In this document: positions 43,107 through 52,287 of the stretch, piece after piece
How the letters are laid out: the number at the start of each line of letters is the position of its first letter
Position numbering within the stretch: the stretch's first letter is position 1
Source of the DNA: an uncultured Nitrospira sp.
GTDB taxonomy: Bacteria > Nitrospirota > Nitrospiria > Nitrospirales > Nitrospiraceae
Length of the DNA: 64,000 bases
Assembly (NCBI GenBank): GCA_964512025.1
Contig: CAZEHM010000009.1
Span: 3,162 to 67,161 of the forward strand
Direction of reading: 5' to 3'
Program-made: the position numbers and the translations under genes
Notes under the pieces: model-generated
The model's database searches: none
The model's input: the letters and a program-made list of their open reading frames with translations, nothing else
Told to the model about the DNA's origin: nothing

Positions 43107-43743
43107 ACCTCGAGTGCTTCTGGCCGACGATCATGCGCTCATCATTGAAGGCTTCAAACGTATTCTGGAAGATCGATACGATCTCGTCGGCACCGCCGCC
43201 GATGGTCGCGCATTGATCGAATCTGCCAGAGTGTCTCAGCCTGACATCGTCATTCTGGATGTGTCGATGCCGCTCCTTAATGGCATTGATGCTGCCGCCC
43301 ATTTGAAAAAGGTGTGCCCAAAGGCCAAACTCATCTTTGTCACGATGCACGCCGACACGGAATATGTCCGGTCGGCGTTTGAAGCCGGAGCCTCGGCCTA
43401 TGTCCTGAAACGTTCTGCGGTTGATGAGTTGGAGCAGGCAATCCGAGCGGTCCTTTCAGGACACTCCTACATTACCCCGCTCATTACCAAGGATCTCCTG
43501 AGCGTCTTTCTGGCCACTCCATCGGAAAGGGCCGGTGGTGCCGGTGGTCTCACGCTGCGCCAAAAGGAAGTCCTGCAACTCCTTACCGAAGGACGCACTG
43601 CCAAAGACATCGCCAATGTGCTGAAGATTTCCCCTCGTACCGTCGAATTCCATAAAGGGCAGATTATGGAGCATTTGAAACTTGAGACGACGACCGACTT
43701 GATTAAATATGCGTTAGCCCACGGGCTCGTCACCCCCACTTAG
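43099..43743 (+). CDS. NarL-family response regulator
   Basis: ADDH...LDVSMP...YVLK receiver and LuxR HTH. Confidence 0.93.
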   Translation: MHKPRVLLADDHALIIEGFKRILEDRYDLVGTAADGRALIESARVSQPDIVILDVSMPLLNGIDAAAHLKKVCPKAKLIFVTMHADTEYVRSAFEAGASAYVLKRSAVDELEQAIRAVLSGHSYITPLITKDLLSVFLATPSERAGGAGGLTLRQKEVLQLLTEGRTAKDIANVLKISPRTVEFHKGQIMEHLKLETTTDLIKYALAHGLVTPT

Positions 43744-43918
43744 GTCATCCTGACCGTCCAGACCCTCGTAGAAATTCACCCCGCACCTTCGGAAATTACG
43801 AGTTCCCTCCCCCAACAAAACACCGTATAGGTTGCTGGCACTCAACGACTGCTGTGGCCGGGTGATACGCATGGGGGTAGAGGAGACGTCTGGACAAGCC
43901 ACAACACCCCGTCGGTTG

Positions 43919-44101
43919 ATGGGTTACCCCGTCATCCTGTTCTGCGACAACTGTCATCGTATTCAAGATGGTCTTTCGGAATGGGCCAGCGAAGAGAAAT
44001 GGACGAACCAAACTTCATTGTTCGCCAGGTGCGACATGAGCACCGCTCACGTATGGTGGAGCCATACCATCTGCCGTCAGTGTAGTACAAATACGGTGTG
44101 A
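43919..44101 (+). CDS. Small CxxC...SHxxCxxC protein (start uncertain: 43871 or 43919)
   Basis: LFCDNCHRIQDG...W...SHTICRQC. Confidence 0.5.
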   Translation: MGYPVILFCDNCHRIQDGLSEWASEEKWTNQTSLFARCDMSTAHVWWSHTICRQCSTNTV

Positions 44102-44629
44102 GTGGCCCGAGGAACGAGACACCAGATCAGTCCCATGGGAATGACCGGAATGAGGTGTGCGCAGGAAACGGCCTCTCCTGCCATCCGTTATTTCGCTCGC
44201 GTGAAAGACTGATCTGGCCTCGTGGAGTGCAGAACTGCCGAAAAAGGAGTGCCCAGAAAACAACGGTCAGATTCACGAACGGGCAGGATGTTCGCTGTCA
44301 TTGAAACGAGCGGAATTCCTCTCATGCATGTCGTCCGACATTGATATCTTTCTGGTTGGGAGCCTGCTGTTTGGAATTCTTATCGCCTACTTACTCTGAC
44401 TATTTGCAGGGATCGTTGCCAAGACAACTGAAGAGCCTCTTCGTTTCTGATATCGCCCTCTCCGCACATCAGCAGATACTCCCACAGCCGCTTCATAGCT
44501 CCGGTCTCCACTGCCACTCAACGACTTTGTCAACACTTTCGGTTCTCCCCCGTAACACAATCACGATGAACGCGACGGCAGCAGCCCGGGCAAAACGTTT
44601 CCCAACTATTTTCAACCGCGAGGTGATGA

Positions 44630-45277
44630 ATGATCCGAGGCCGAAATTTGTTTCAACTGTGGTCTGCGCTATGCCTGATTGGTGTCATATCGGGCGGGGT
44701 TGGTTGTGCGGCGAAGCAGCAGTCCTCAAGTTCCGGAGACCAATCCATGACGACAAAGAGCCAGACTCAAGCCGAGGCCATTCAACCGGATCGAATCGCC
44801 TCCATTGAGCCTCCCGGAGACAATCGACCACTTCAATATCAAGCAGCACAACACAATCAACTTCCACCCACGACACAAGACGGCGGCCGTCCATCCAGCA
44901 ACATGACCTCGCTGCAGGAGACAACTCCCACAAGGAATCCGGCCGGCACTGAACTACGAGATATTTACTTCGACTTCGATCAGTACAATATTCGCGCTGA
45001 TGCGGAATCCGCGCTCGAAAGCAACGGACAATGGATGCGACGTGAATCCGGAAGATCAATATTGATTGAGGGTCACTGCGACGAGCGCGGGACGCTTGCT
45101 TACAACCTGGTGCTCGGTGAAAAACGTGCCAAGTCAGCTAAACGATATCTAGAAAATCTTGGAATTCCCCCATCCCGTTTACTGACCACGAGTTACGGAG
45201 AAGTGCAGCCGTCCTGCAAAGAGCACAACGAAGGCTGTTGGAAATACAACCGTCGCGCCCATTTCGTTGTGCCATAA
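44630..45277 (+). CDS. Peptidoglycan-associated lipoprotein (Pal/OmpA-C) paralogue
   Basis: Lipobox VGC; IYFDFD, IEGHCDERGT, LGEKRA, SYGE, NRRAHF. Confidence 0.9.
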   Translation: MIRGRNLFQLWSALCLIGVISGGVGCAAKQQSSSSGDQSMTTKSQTQAEAIQPDRIASIEPPGDNRPLQYQAAQHNQLPPTTQDGGRPSSNMTSLQETTPTRNPAGTELRDIYFDFDQYNIRADAESALESNGQWMRRESGRSILIEGHCDERGTLAYNLVLGEKRAKSAKRYLENLGIPPSRLLTTSYGEVQPSCKEHNEGCWKYNRRAHFVVP

Positions 45278-45335
45278 TAAATAATGGGAGTCACCTTTAC
45301 ACTATCCGGCGACTCATCGCAGAAAGGAGGCGATT

Positions 45336-45959
45336 GTGAATTCACTCGCGTGCAAAATCCTCATGGGCATCGGAATGATCTTGGTGGCAGGCTGTGCCGG
45401 CAAGGGCGAGCGCATTGCTATCAGCATCCCCGGAGGAAATCCGTCCGGAAGCACAGCGGCTATCGCCACCCCGGGACCCAGGATTGCCGTGCTTCCATTT
45501 GAAGATCATCGGCCCACTCAATCCCATCTGGGAACACGATCACACCTCTGGGGCGGAGTCAGCTACTTCGATGTGCCAAGCGGTACTGCCGCGAAAGCCA
45601 CAACCCAGGCCCTCGTCGACTACCTCAACCGTCAAGGTTGGAAGGCATCTCTCGCACGCACACCGGGAAGCGACAATGCAGATATCACGATCGCCGGGAC
45701 TATACAGAACCTGACAGTCGATGCCAAAAGCGGTTTCATGCATACCGATCTCACGGCAACCAACTCGTTGTCGTTCCAGATCACAAATCATACCGATGAA
45801 AGCATCGTACGTGAGAGCATCTCCGGCACTGGAAGCGACCAGGTATTCTGGTTTTCCCCTGAAGATGCCCAGCATCTGACGACCGATCTGTATGAGACAA
45901 ATTTCAAAAAGTTCCTGGCAGATCTCAAGATCGAAGGGCGAACGATTCGACTCAGATAG
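45336..45959 (+). CDS. Lipoprotein, YajG-like
   Basis: Lipobox LVAGC; IAVLPFEDHRP; AAAGGAGG RBS. Confidence 0.65.
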   Translation: MNSLACKILMGIGMILVAGCAGKGERIAISIPGGNPSGSTAAIATPGPRIAVLPFEDHRPTQSHLGTRSHLWGGVSYFDVPSGTAAKATTQALVDYLNRQGWKASLARTPGSDNADITIAGTIQNLTVDAKSGFMHTDLTATNSLSFQITNHTDESIVRESISGTGSDQVFWFSPEDAQHLTTDLYETNFKKFLADLKIEGRTIRLR

Positions 45960-46028
45960 GTGCTGATCGCCTCGATCTATAAACGGCATCGTCCTGTGCG
46001 GGCGTACTACAATTTATCTTGATACTCT

Positions 46029-46703
46029 ATGGACGTGAGAACTATCTTCATCAGCCTACTCATTCTCCTGGCCGGTCTCTGGGGCGGCTACTCACTCAGC
46101 CAGGTGGATCAGGAACTCCGTGTCATCTATGCTGAATACACCCTCTCCACCACAGATCTTGGCCATATCAATGCGAAACTGATTCGCTATCGGACGACGG
46201 TACTCCGTGCAATCGAAGCCGATTCTCAGATTGACTTTGAAGGTATTGTCGCAGCTCTGCCGGAACGACGCGCACATATCGAACAGTCGATCGAACGATT
46301 CATTAAGGCGGCCAACCGCACAGCATCAAAAAGAAACGGAACCGCCGAAGAATTGCAGGAACTTCAGGCTGTCAAGGCACGACTCGCCGACTACATGGCT
46401 ACGTCCGACCAAACAATCGGACTCCTTCAGCAGCGCTGGAAGACAACATCACCGGCTGAGGCCAAACGCCTGCGTGATGCAGCAGAGGGAAATGCGGTGG
46501 AAAGCGCCGGCGCGAAATTCATTGCTGTGACGCTTGAGCTCGACCACCTTCTGGAAGTGGTCGCCAGGATTGCGGGAGAAGTACGGGATGAAGCGGATCG
46601 GCAGCTCCGTACAATGAGCGCAGTTGTCGTCGGAATCAGCACACTGCTCGCAGGACTTGTCTTATTTCTAGGGAAGAATCCCGCCCATAGAAAGAACTTA
46701 TAA
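46029..46703 (+). CDS. Stand-alone four-helix-bundle (4HB_MCP-like) membrane sensor protein
   Basis: TM, helical periplasmic domain (L..IY....S...LG), TM, then a tail of about 10 aa. Confidence 0.65.
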   Translation: MDVRTIFISLLILLAGLWGGYSLSQVDQELRVIYAEYTLSTTDLGHINAKLIRYRTTVLRAIEADSQIDFEGIVAALPERRAHIEQSIERFIKAANRTASKRNGTAEELQELQAVKARLADYMATSDQTIGLLQQRWKTTSPAEAKRLRDAAEGNAVESAGAKFIAVTLELDHLLEVVARIAGEVRDEADRQLRTMSAVVVGISTLLAGLVLFLGKNPAHRKNL

Positions 46704-46850
46704 AACTCTTTCTCTATTTCGAGTACCACCCAGTAAGTTTCGTTGAATGGGCACTTATTCGCCCAGACTTAGACTCGCCTATAAGAACCCTGTGATCTCC
46801 TCCTCAACAATCTATTCAACGTTGGGCAGAAAGACAGCACTATCAAAAAT

Positions 46851-46887
46851 AAAAGGCGGCCGCCCCGTGAGGGACGACCGCCTTTTT
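46851..46887. terminator. Bidirectional intrinsic terminator
   Basis: AAAAGGCGGCCGCCCC-GTGA-GGGACGACCGCCTTTTT between convergent genes. Confidence 0.8.
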
Positions 46888-46904
46888 ACAAACCGGGAAC
46901 TAGA

Positions 46905-47576
46905 TTAGTGCGCACCGCCAGGCAAGTTGTACTTGGCTTCCCAAGGGATCAGGCCGCCAAATGTTTGTCCGCCTGGAGCCATCACATCATAGAGCTGTGG
47001 GATGCTCGCTCCATCCGGAGACTTTGGCGAAGTATTCAGCTGCTGCACCGCTGCTGCACAACCGGCATCTGCCTGACTCTTTCCCTGACACTCTTTCAAA
47101 CGGAGCGCAGAGATGCTGAGAGTCTTACCAGGAGCTCCGGCATTTTCCGGAAGCTTCTTCACTGAGGAAATGACGCGATGGTTCTGCTCGGTCTCGGTGA
47201 CGACAAACTCGACCAGATCGGTCGTGCTGCCCGGAGGCACTTCCTTCGCTGCGGCCGGCCCTGAATGCGGACGACCCATCTTCTTCAACTCTTCCCATGC
47301 ACCCTTGTCGGCATAGAACTTGAGGTTCTTACCCGGGTGGACTTTCTGCCAAAACAAGCCGCTTTCGGCATTGCCGCCGAACACGGCCACGTTGATCCAG
47401 ACTGCTTCATCGTAGGGATCAAGGATGATCACACGACCCTGCAGAGTGGTGGGCTTGCTGAGGTCTCCCCACTCAAACCGCTCTTGAAATGCTTCGATGG
47501 CCAGTGCGCTGGAAGCCATGCCGACTACCAGGGCAACAGCTGCCATCATGGCCCCGCCTTGCTTCTGAAGCTTCAT
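46905..47576 (-). CDS. Secreted protein of unknown function A
   Basis: Signal peptide ending ALA; AAGGAGG RBS; shares TLQGRV with its neighbour. Confidence 0.85.
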   Translation of the reverse strand: MKLQKQGGAMMAAVALVVGMASSALAIEAFQERFEWGDLSKPTTLQGRVIILDPYDEAVWINVAVFGGNAESGLFWQKVHPGKNLKFYADKGAWEELKKMGRPHSGPAAAKEVPPGSTTDLVEFVVTETEQNHRVISSVKKLPENAGAPGKTLSISALRLKECQGKSQADAGCAAAVQQLNTSPKSPDGASIPQLYDVMAPGGQTFGGLIPWEAKYNLPGGAH

Positions 47577-47626
47577 AATCGAATCCTCCTTCAACAACAT
47601 GAAAGAATAAAGCGTGATGAAATCGA

Positions 47627-48136
47627 TTACTTGAGGACCTTGAATCCGGTAATAGTCCGGCCGTCCAAGGTCACTTCCATGGCTACGAGTTCCTGCGCAG
47701 CCTTGATGATCTGGTCCATCAACGCCTTGTCTTTCACAGCCAACCGAACGGTCGTGGCGGCATGGTACCAGCCTGCATAGGCATTGTTCTTATCCGTTCC
47801 ACCGACAAAACCCCAGCCGCAGCAGGTGACCAAAGGATCCGGCGGCTTGACGTCCATCATGGTCGATGAACGACCGGCCGGGGTCCCTGAAGCAGGATCG
47901 CCGGTGTTCCAATACATAATGCCAAAGAGCAACTCGTTATCAGGATTGTCCGCCCACTGCGACCAGACACGGCCCTGGAGCGTCTTGGCGGCATCGCCCT
48001 TCATGACCTTTCCACCGACCACGTCGGTAGCAGGACCACCTCCAGCTGGAGCATCGGCGGCTACGGCAAATCCGGCCGGTAGCAAGCCAGCCACTGAGAA
48101 CACTGCAACGGCGGCTAGTACTAAGACCCTCTTCAT
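47627..48136 (-). CDS. Secreted protein of unknown function B
   Basis: Signal peptide ending AVA; AAGGAGG RBS after a U-rich tract; TLQGRV and TCCGWG motifs. Confidence 0.85.
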   Translation of the reverse strand: MKRVLVLAAVAVFSVAGLLPAGFAVAADAPAGGGPATDVVGGKVMKGDAAKTLQGRVWSQWADNPDNELLFGIMYWNTGDPASGTPAGRSSTMMDVKPPDPLVTCCGWGFVGGTDKNNAYAGWYHAATTVRLAVKDKALMDQIIKAAQELVAMEVTLDGRTITGFKVLK

Positions 48137-48325
48137 ACCTAGTCCCTCCTTCATAAAAATAAAAACCACAACTTAATGAACGTTCCCTTTGAATGCGATG
48201 AATGCGTCAGCAACCGATTGAACAGAGGTTACAAAGCGCAGGAGAAAGTGTTCGGCCACCCCCTTCCCTCTTTCTCTTTCGCGGTTGTTCCCCGTTTAAA
48301 TTTTCAGGTTCACTAGACCGGCGCA

Positions 48326-48354
48326 ATCGTACTGAAATGGTCAATTAGTGTCAA
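48326..48354 (-). promoter_or_regulatory. Near-consensus sigma70 promoter for the secreted pair
   Basis: Minus strand TTGACA-N17-TACGAT with AT-rich DNA upstream. Confidence 0.75.
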
Positions 48355-48391
48355 GAAAATGTTTGACGTTCTAACAAAATTCTAATCCACA

Positions 48392-48431
48392 GATAAATAT
48401 CATAATAAACAATACTTTATTGATATTTATC
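48392..48431. repeat. AT-rich inverted repeat
   Basis: GATAAATATC-AT-AATAAA-CAATAC-TTTATT-GATATTTATC. Confidence 0.75.
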
Positions 48432-48475
48432 CGACTTCAAAATACTCTCTAATTTTCGGCTCTATTAAAAATCTC

Positions 48476-49729
48476 TCATCTCGCAAGCTGAAGTTGGCGC
48501 GCAGTCAAAGGCCCAAGCCCTGTAATCGCCATCGAGTTTTCGTCGAGAATTTCCTGCGCGACTCGCTCGATCTGCTTGAAGGTCACAGCATCAATGGCTC
48601 GCGTCATCTCATCAAGTGTCGTGTGCTTGCCCTTGATCATTTCATCCTTCGCCAGCTTGTTCATCCGGCTATGTGAACTTTCCAGACTGAGCATCAAACT
48701 ACCCTTCATCTGATCTTTCGTTCTCTTCAACTCATCCCGCGTGATCGCGTTGGCGGCCATGCGACGAATTTCTCGTCTAACTACGTCGAGCACCCGCTCC
48801 ACTTCTTTCTGGCGTGTCGCGGCATAAACCGTCAGCGTTCCGCCATCGGAATAACCCGACAGAAACGAGTAGATCGAATAGGCGAGTCCCCGCTTTTCCC
48901 TGACCTCCTGGAACAGTCGCGAGCTGACACTCCCGCCCAGCACGCTGTTCAGAATATAGGCGGCGTAGCGGTCAGGATGGCCGGCCGACAGTCCTTTCAT
49001 CCCGACACAGAGGTGGACTTGCTCCAGTTGCTTCCGTTGCATCACCACACCGCCTCTGATCTCTGGAGCCCGCCGTTCATGGGGCTTCTGGGATTCGTGC
49101 CGGTGCCGACGGCCAAACTCGCGAGCAATGATCCGCTCAAGCGCACGCTGGTCAAAGTTTCCGGCGACGGCGATCACAATTTCCTGCGGCTGATACCGCG
49201 CGTCGATATAATCGAGGAGATCCTGCCGCCGTAACGCACCGATCGTGGCAGCCCGTCCGAGAATCGGCCGACCCAGCGGATGGCGCCCCATGACTTGTCC
49301 GGCATGGAGTTCTTGGACAAGATCCTCCGGATCGTCCTGCACCATGCGAATCTCTTCCAGCACCACCTGTTTTTCTTTGTCGATCTCTTTCGGACCAAAT
49401 TTGGAATGGTGCAGGAGATCCGACAACAAATCGAGCGCTTTCGCCAGGTGCTGGTCGAGCACTTTGACATAAAACGTCGTGGTCTCGCGCGTGGTAAACG
49501 CGTTCATCTCGCCACCCAGCGCATCAATCTCGCGCGAGATGTCGGTGGCCGACCGGCTGGTCGTCCCCTTGAAGAACATATGCTCGATGAAGTGAGAATA
49601 TCCGGCTTGAGCCGGCGTTTCATCACGCGACCCGGCATTGACCCAAATGCCGACGGTGACTGACTTGAGAGTGGGGATCCGCTCGGTTACCAAGCGGACC
49701 CCGTTCTCCAGAATGAGCTTGCGGTACAC
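48476..49729 (-). CDS. M16 (pitrilysin-family) peptidase
   Basis: HFIEHMFFKG (HxxEH), SSRLFQEVREKRGLAYS. Confidence 0.93.
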   Translation of the reverse strand: MYRKLILENGVRLVTERIPTLKSVTVGIWVNAGSRDETPAQAGYSHFIEHMFFKGTTSRSATDISREIDALGGEMNAFTTRETTTFYVKVLDQHLAKALDLLSDLLHHSKFGPKEIDKEKQVVLEEIRMVQDDPEDLVQELHAGQVMGRHPLGRPILGRAATIGALRRQDLLDYIDARYQPQEIVIAVAGNFDQRALERIIAREFGRRHRHESQKPHERRAPEIRGGVVMQRKQLEQVHLCVGMKGLSAGHPDRYAAYILNSVLGGSVSSRLFQEVREKRGLAYSIYSFLSGYSDGGTLTVYAATRQKEVERVLDVVRREIRRMAANAITRDELKRTKDQMKGSLMLSLESSHSRMNKLAKDEMIKGKHTTLDEMTRAIDAVTFKQIERVAQEILDENSMAITGLGPLTARQLQLAR

Positions 49730-49734
49730 GAGGG

Positions 49735-51852
49735 CTACTCGGCCGCTGGTTCCTGTGAAGAGCTACCCGATGGAGCCGGCATAGTTTCCTTCCGGCTCAA
49801 CCGGATTTTCCCCTGCCGATCGATCTCCAGGACTTTCACCATGATCTGATCGCCCTCTGCGACTTCGTCGGAGACCGCTTTCACGCGATGATGCGCCAAT
49901 TGAGAAATGTGCACAAGACCGTCGGTACCCGGCAACACTTCGACGAACGCGCCGAAGTCCATAATCTTCCGGACCGTGCCCATGTAGATCTTGCCAACTT
50001 CGACTTCCTCGGTCAGCCGGCCGATCATATCCTTCGCTTTTTGCAGCGACGCCTCATCGGCTGACGCAATGGTCACGATTCCCGTATCTTCGATATTAAT
50101 CTTCACGCCGCAGTCGGCTTGGATGGCGCGGATGGTTTTCCCGCCCTGGCCGATGATGTCGCGAATCTTGTCCTGCTTGACCTTCAAGGTATAAATACGG
50201 GGAGCGAAGGGAGACAGGTTTGCGCGATGCGTGGTCAACGCCGAGGCCATCCGTTCAAGAATATGGAGGCGTCCGGTGCGGGCCTGCTCCAACGCCTGCT
50301 GCATCAACGCCATCGTGATCCCGCCGATCTTGATGTCCATCTGCAAGGCCGTCACGCCGTTCTTGGTTCCGCACACTTTGAAATCCATATCGCCCAAATG
50401 ATCTTCGAGGCCGAGGATATCGGAGAGGATGATGACTCCATCCCCTTCCTTAATCAGGCCCATCGCGATACCCGCCACCGGTTCCTTGATTGGAATGCCG
50501 GCATCTAGCATCGCCAGAGTGCCGCCGCAGACAGTCGCCATCGACGACGATCCGTTGGACTCCAGAATTTCAGAGACGATACGAAGCGTGTAGGGAAACA
50601 CGTCTTTCCCGGGAATGACCGGCTTCAGCGCCCGCTCTGCCAACGCTCCGTGACCAACCTCGCGCCGACCCGGCGTCCGGAGAGGCCGCGCCTCGCCGAC
50701 ACTGAACGGTGGGAAATTGTAATGCAGCATGAAGGTCCGGTGATACTCGCCCTCCAGCGCATCGATGCGCTGTTCGTCGTCCGTCGTCCCCAGCGTCACG
50801 ACCGCAAGACTCTGAGTCTCGCCGCGTGTGAAAATGGCGGACCCGTGCGCACGGGGCAACGCTCCGACTTCGCACGTGATCGGCCGGATATCCGCCGGGC
50901 CGCGCCCGTCGGCCCGTGAGCGCTTTTCGAGAATCATGTTCCGGACTTCGGTGTATTCCAGCCCGTGGAAGACAATCTTGACGTGGCGCTCGGTGGTGGG
51001 CACGTCGGGATTCTTGAGTTTCTCGACGGCCTCGGCCATGACTTGATCCAACCGCTCCTGACGCGCGGCCTTGTTCGGGATCATGATCGCATCACGAATC
51101 GGCTGCGCAACCATCGCCTTCACTTTGGCAGCCAGCGTCGGATCGATCGCTTCAACTTTCACTTCCCGCTTCTTGCTCCCGACCAGCTTGGCCAGTTCGG
51201 AAATCTTCGCGACGATCTTCTTGATCTCGGCATGGGCCAAGGCCAGGGCCTCCAGCATGGTGGCCTCGGGCAATTCATTGGCGCCCGCTTCGACCATCAT
51301 GATGGCATCGGCCGTACCGGCTACCACCAAATGGAGATCGCTGATCTCCAATGTTTCCAGATCGGGATTCACGACAAACTGGCCATTCACCCTGCCGATT
51401 TTCACACCGGCGACTGGCCCTTGGAACGGGATATTCGAAATCGATAAGGCTGCGGAGGCCGCAGTAATGCCGACCACATCAGTCGAGCCCGTCTTATCTG
51501 CAGACAACACGGAGGCAATGACCTGCGTTTCGAAGTAGTAGCCTTCGGGGAAAAGCGGACGCAGCGGACGATCGATCAAGCGGCTGGTCAGGACTTCCTT
51601 TTCAGCCGGACGCCCTTCGCGCTTGAAATACCCTCCGGGGATCTTTCCGGCGGCGTAGGCCTTTTCAATATAATCGACGGTGAGGGGAAGAAAATCGATG
51701 CCCGGCTTGGCGGTCTGTGATGCCACCGCCGTCGCCAAGATCACCGTATCCCCGTACGTGGCCCAAATCGAGCCGTCGGCCTGCTTGGCCACTCGACCGG
51801 TTTCAAGCCGAAGCGTGCGGCCCGCAATCTCTAATTCAACAACGTGTACCAT
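49735..51852 (-). CDS. pnp: Polynucleotide phosphorylase
   Basis: Two RNase PH domains, RREVGHG, DHLGDMDFK, KH and S1 domains. Confidence 0.98.
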   Translation of the reverse strand: MVHVVELEIAGRTLRLETGRVAKQADGSIWATYGDTVILATAVASQTAKPGIDFLPLTVDYIEKAYAAGKIPGGYFKREGRPAEKEVLTSRLIDRPLRPLFPEGYYFETQVIASVLSADKTGSTDVVGITAASAALSISNIPFQGPVAGVKIGRVNGQFVVNPDLETLEISDLHLVVAGTADAIMMVEAGANELPEATMLEALALAHAEIKKIVAKISELAKLVGSKKREVKVEAIDPTLAAKVKAMVAQPIRDAIMIPNKAARQERLDQVMAEAVEKLKNPDVPTTERHVKIVFHGLEYTEVRNMILEKRSRADGRGPADIRPITCEVGALPRAHGSAIFTRGETQSLAVVTLGTTDDEQRIDALEGEYHRTFMLHYNFPPFSVGEARPLRTPGRREVGHGALAERALKPVIPGKDVFPYTLRIVSEILESNGSSSMATVCGGTLAMLDAGIPIKEPVAGIAMGLIKEGDGVIILSDILGLEDHLGDMDFKVCGTKNGVTALQMDIKIGGITMALMQQALEQARTGRLHILERMASALTTHRANLSPFAPRIYTLKVKQDKIRDIIGQGGKTIRAIQADCGVKINIEDTGIVTIASADEASLQKAKDMIGRLTEEVEVGKIYMGTVRKIMDFGAFVEVLPGTDGLVHISQLAHHRVKAVSDEVAEGDQIMVKVLEIDRQGKIRLSRKETMPAPSGSSSQEPAAE

Positions 51853-51890
51853 CTATGGTTTCCTCCAGGTTGGTCCCACAGATGCCCACA

Positions 51891-51973
51891 GAGATACGCT
51901 CGCACGCGAGCGTATCTCCGTGTTCACCTGTGCGACATGCGTTCTGCGCTGTCGCACTCCCTGTGCGACAGCG
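51891..51973 (-). promoter_or_regulatory. Structured rpsO-pnp intergenic RNA with two perfect hairpins
   Basis: GAGATACGCTCG-CACG-CGAGCGTATCTC (51891-51918) and CGCTGTCGCAC-TCCCT-GTGCGACAGCG (51947-51973). Confidence 0.7.
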
Positions 51974-51996
51974 GCTTGCGTCCGTCTCTGTTCCGA

Positions 51997-52266
51997 CTAC
52001 TTGCGAATACCGAGTCGTTCAATGACTGCGCGATAACGCGCTTCATCGACGCCGCGCAGATAGTCGAGCAACCGACGCCGCCGTCCGACCAGCTGCAAGA
52101 GACCACGCCGTGAGTGGTGATCTTTCTTATGCAGCTTGAAATGCTCGGTCAAATAGGTAATCCGGTTGGTCAGCACCGCAATCTGGACTTCAGGGGACCC
52201 TGAATCCGTATCGTGCTGGCGATACTGCTTGATCAACTCCGTCTTTGCTTCCTTCAGCAAGGCCAT
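51997..52266 (-). CDS. rpsO: 30S ribosomal protein S15
   Basis: [21 protein letters not shown]. Confidence 0.98.
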   Translation of the reverse strand: MALLKEAKTELIKQYRQHDTDSGSPEVQIAVLTNRITYLTEHFKLHKKDHHSRRGLLQLVGRRRRLLDYLRGVDEARYRAVIERLGIRK

Positions 52267-52287
52267 GACTCGTACTCCTTCTGCCTT

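Noticed and set aside
43835..43853. TGGCAC...TGCT as a sigma54 promoter
   Set aside because: GG-to-GC spacing is 12 rather than 10.
44098..44808. ORFs 44098-44304 and 44341-44808
   Set aside because: No motifs or convincing RBS; the second overlaps the Pal gene out of frame.
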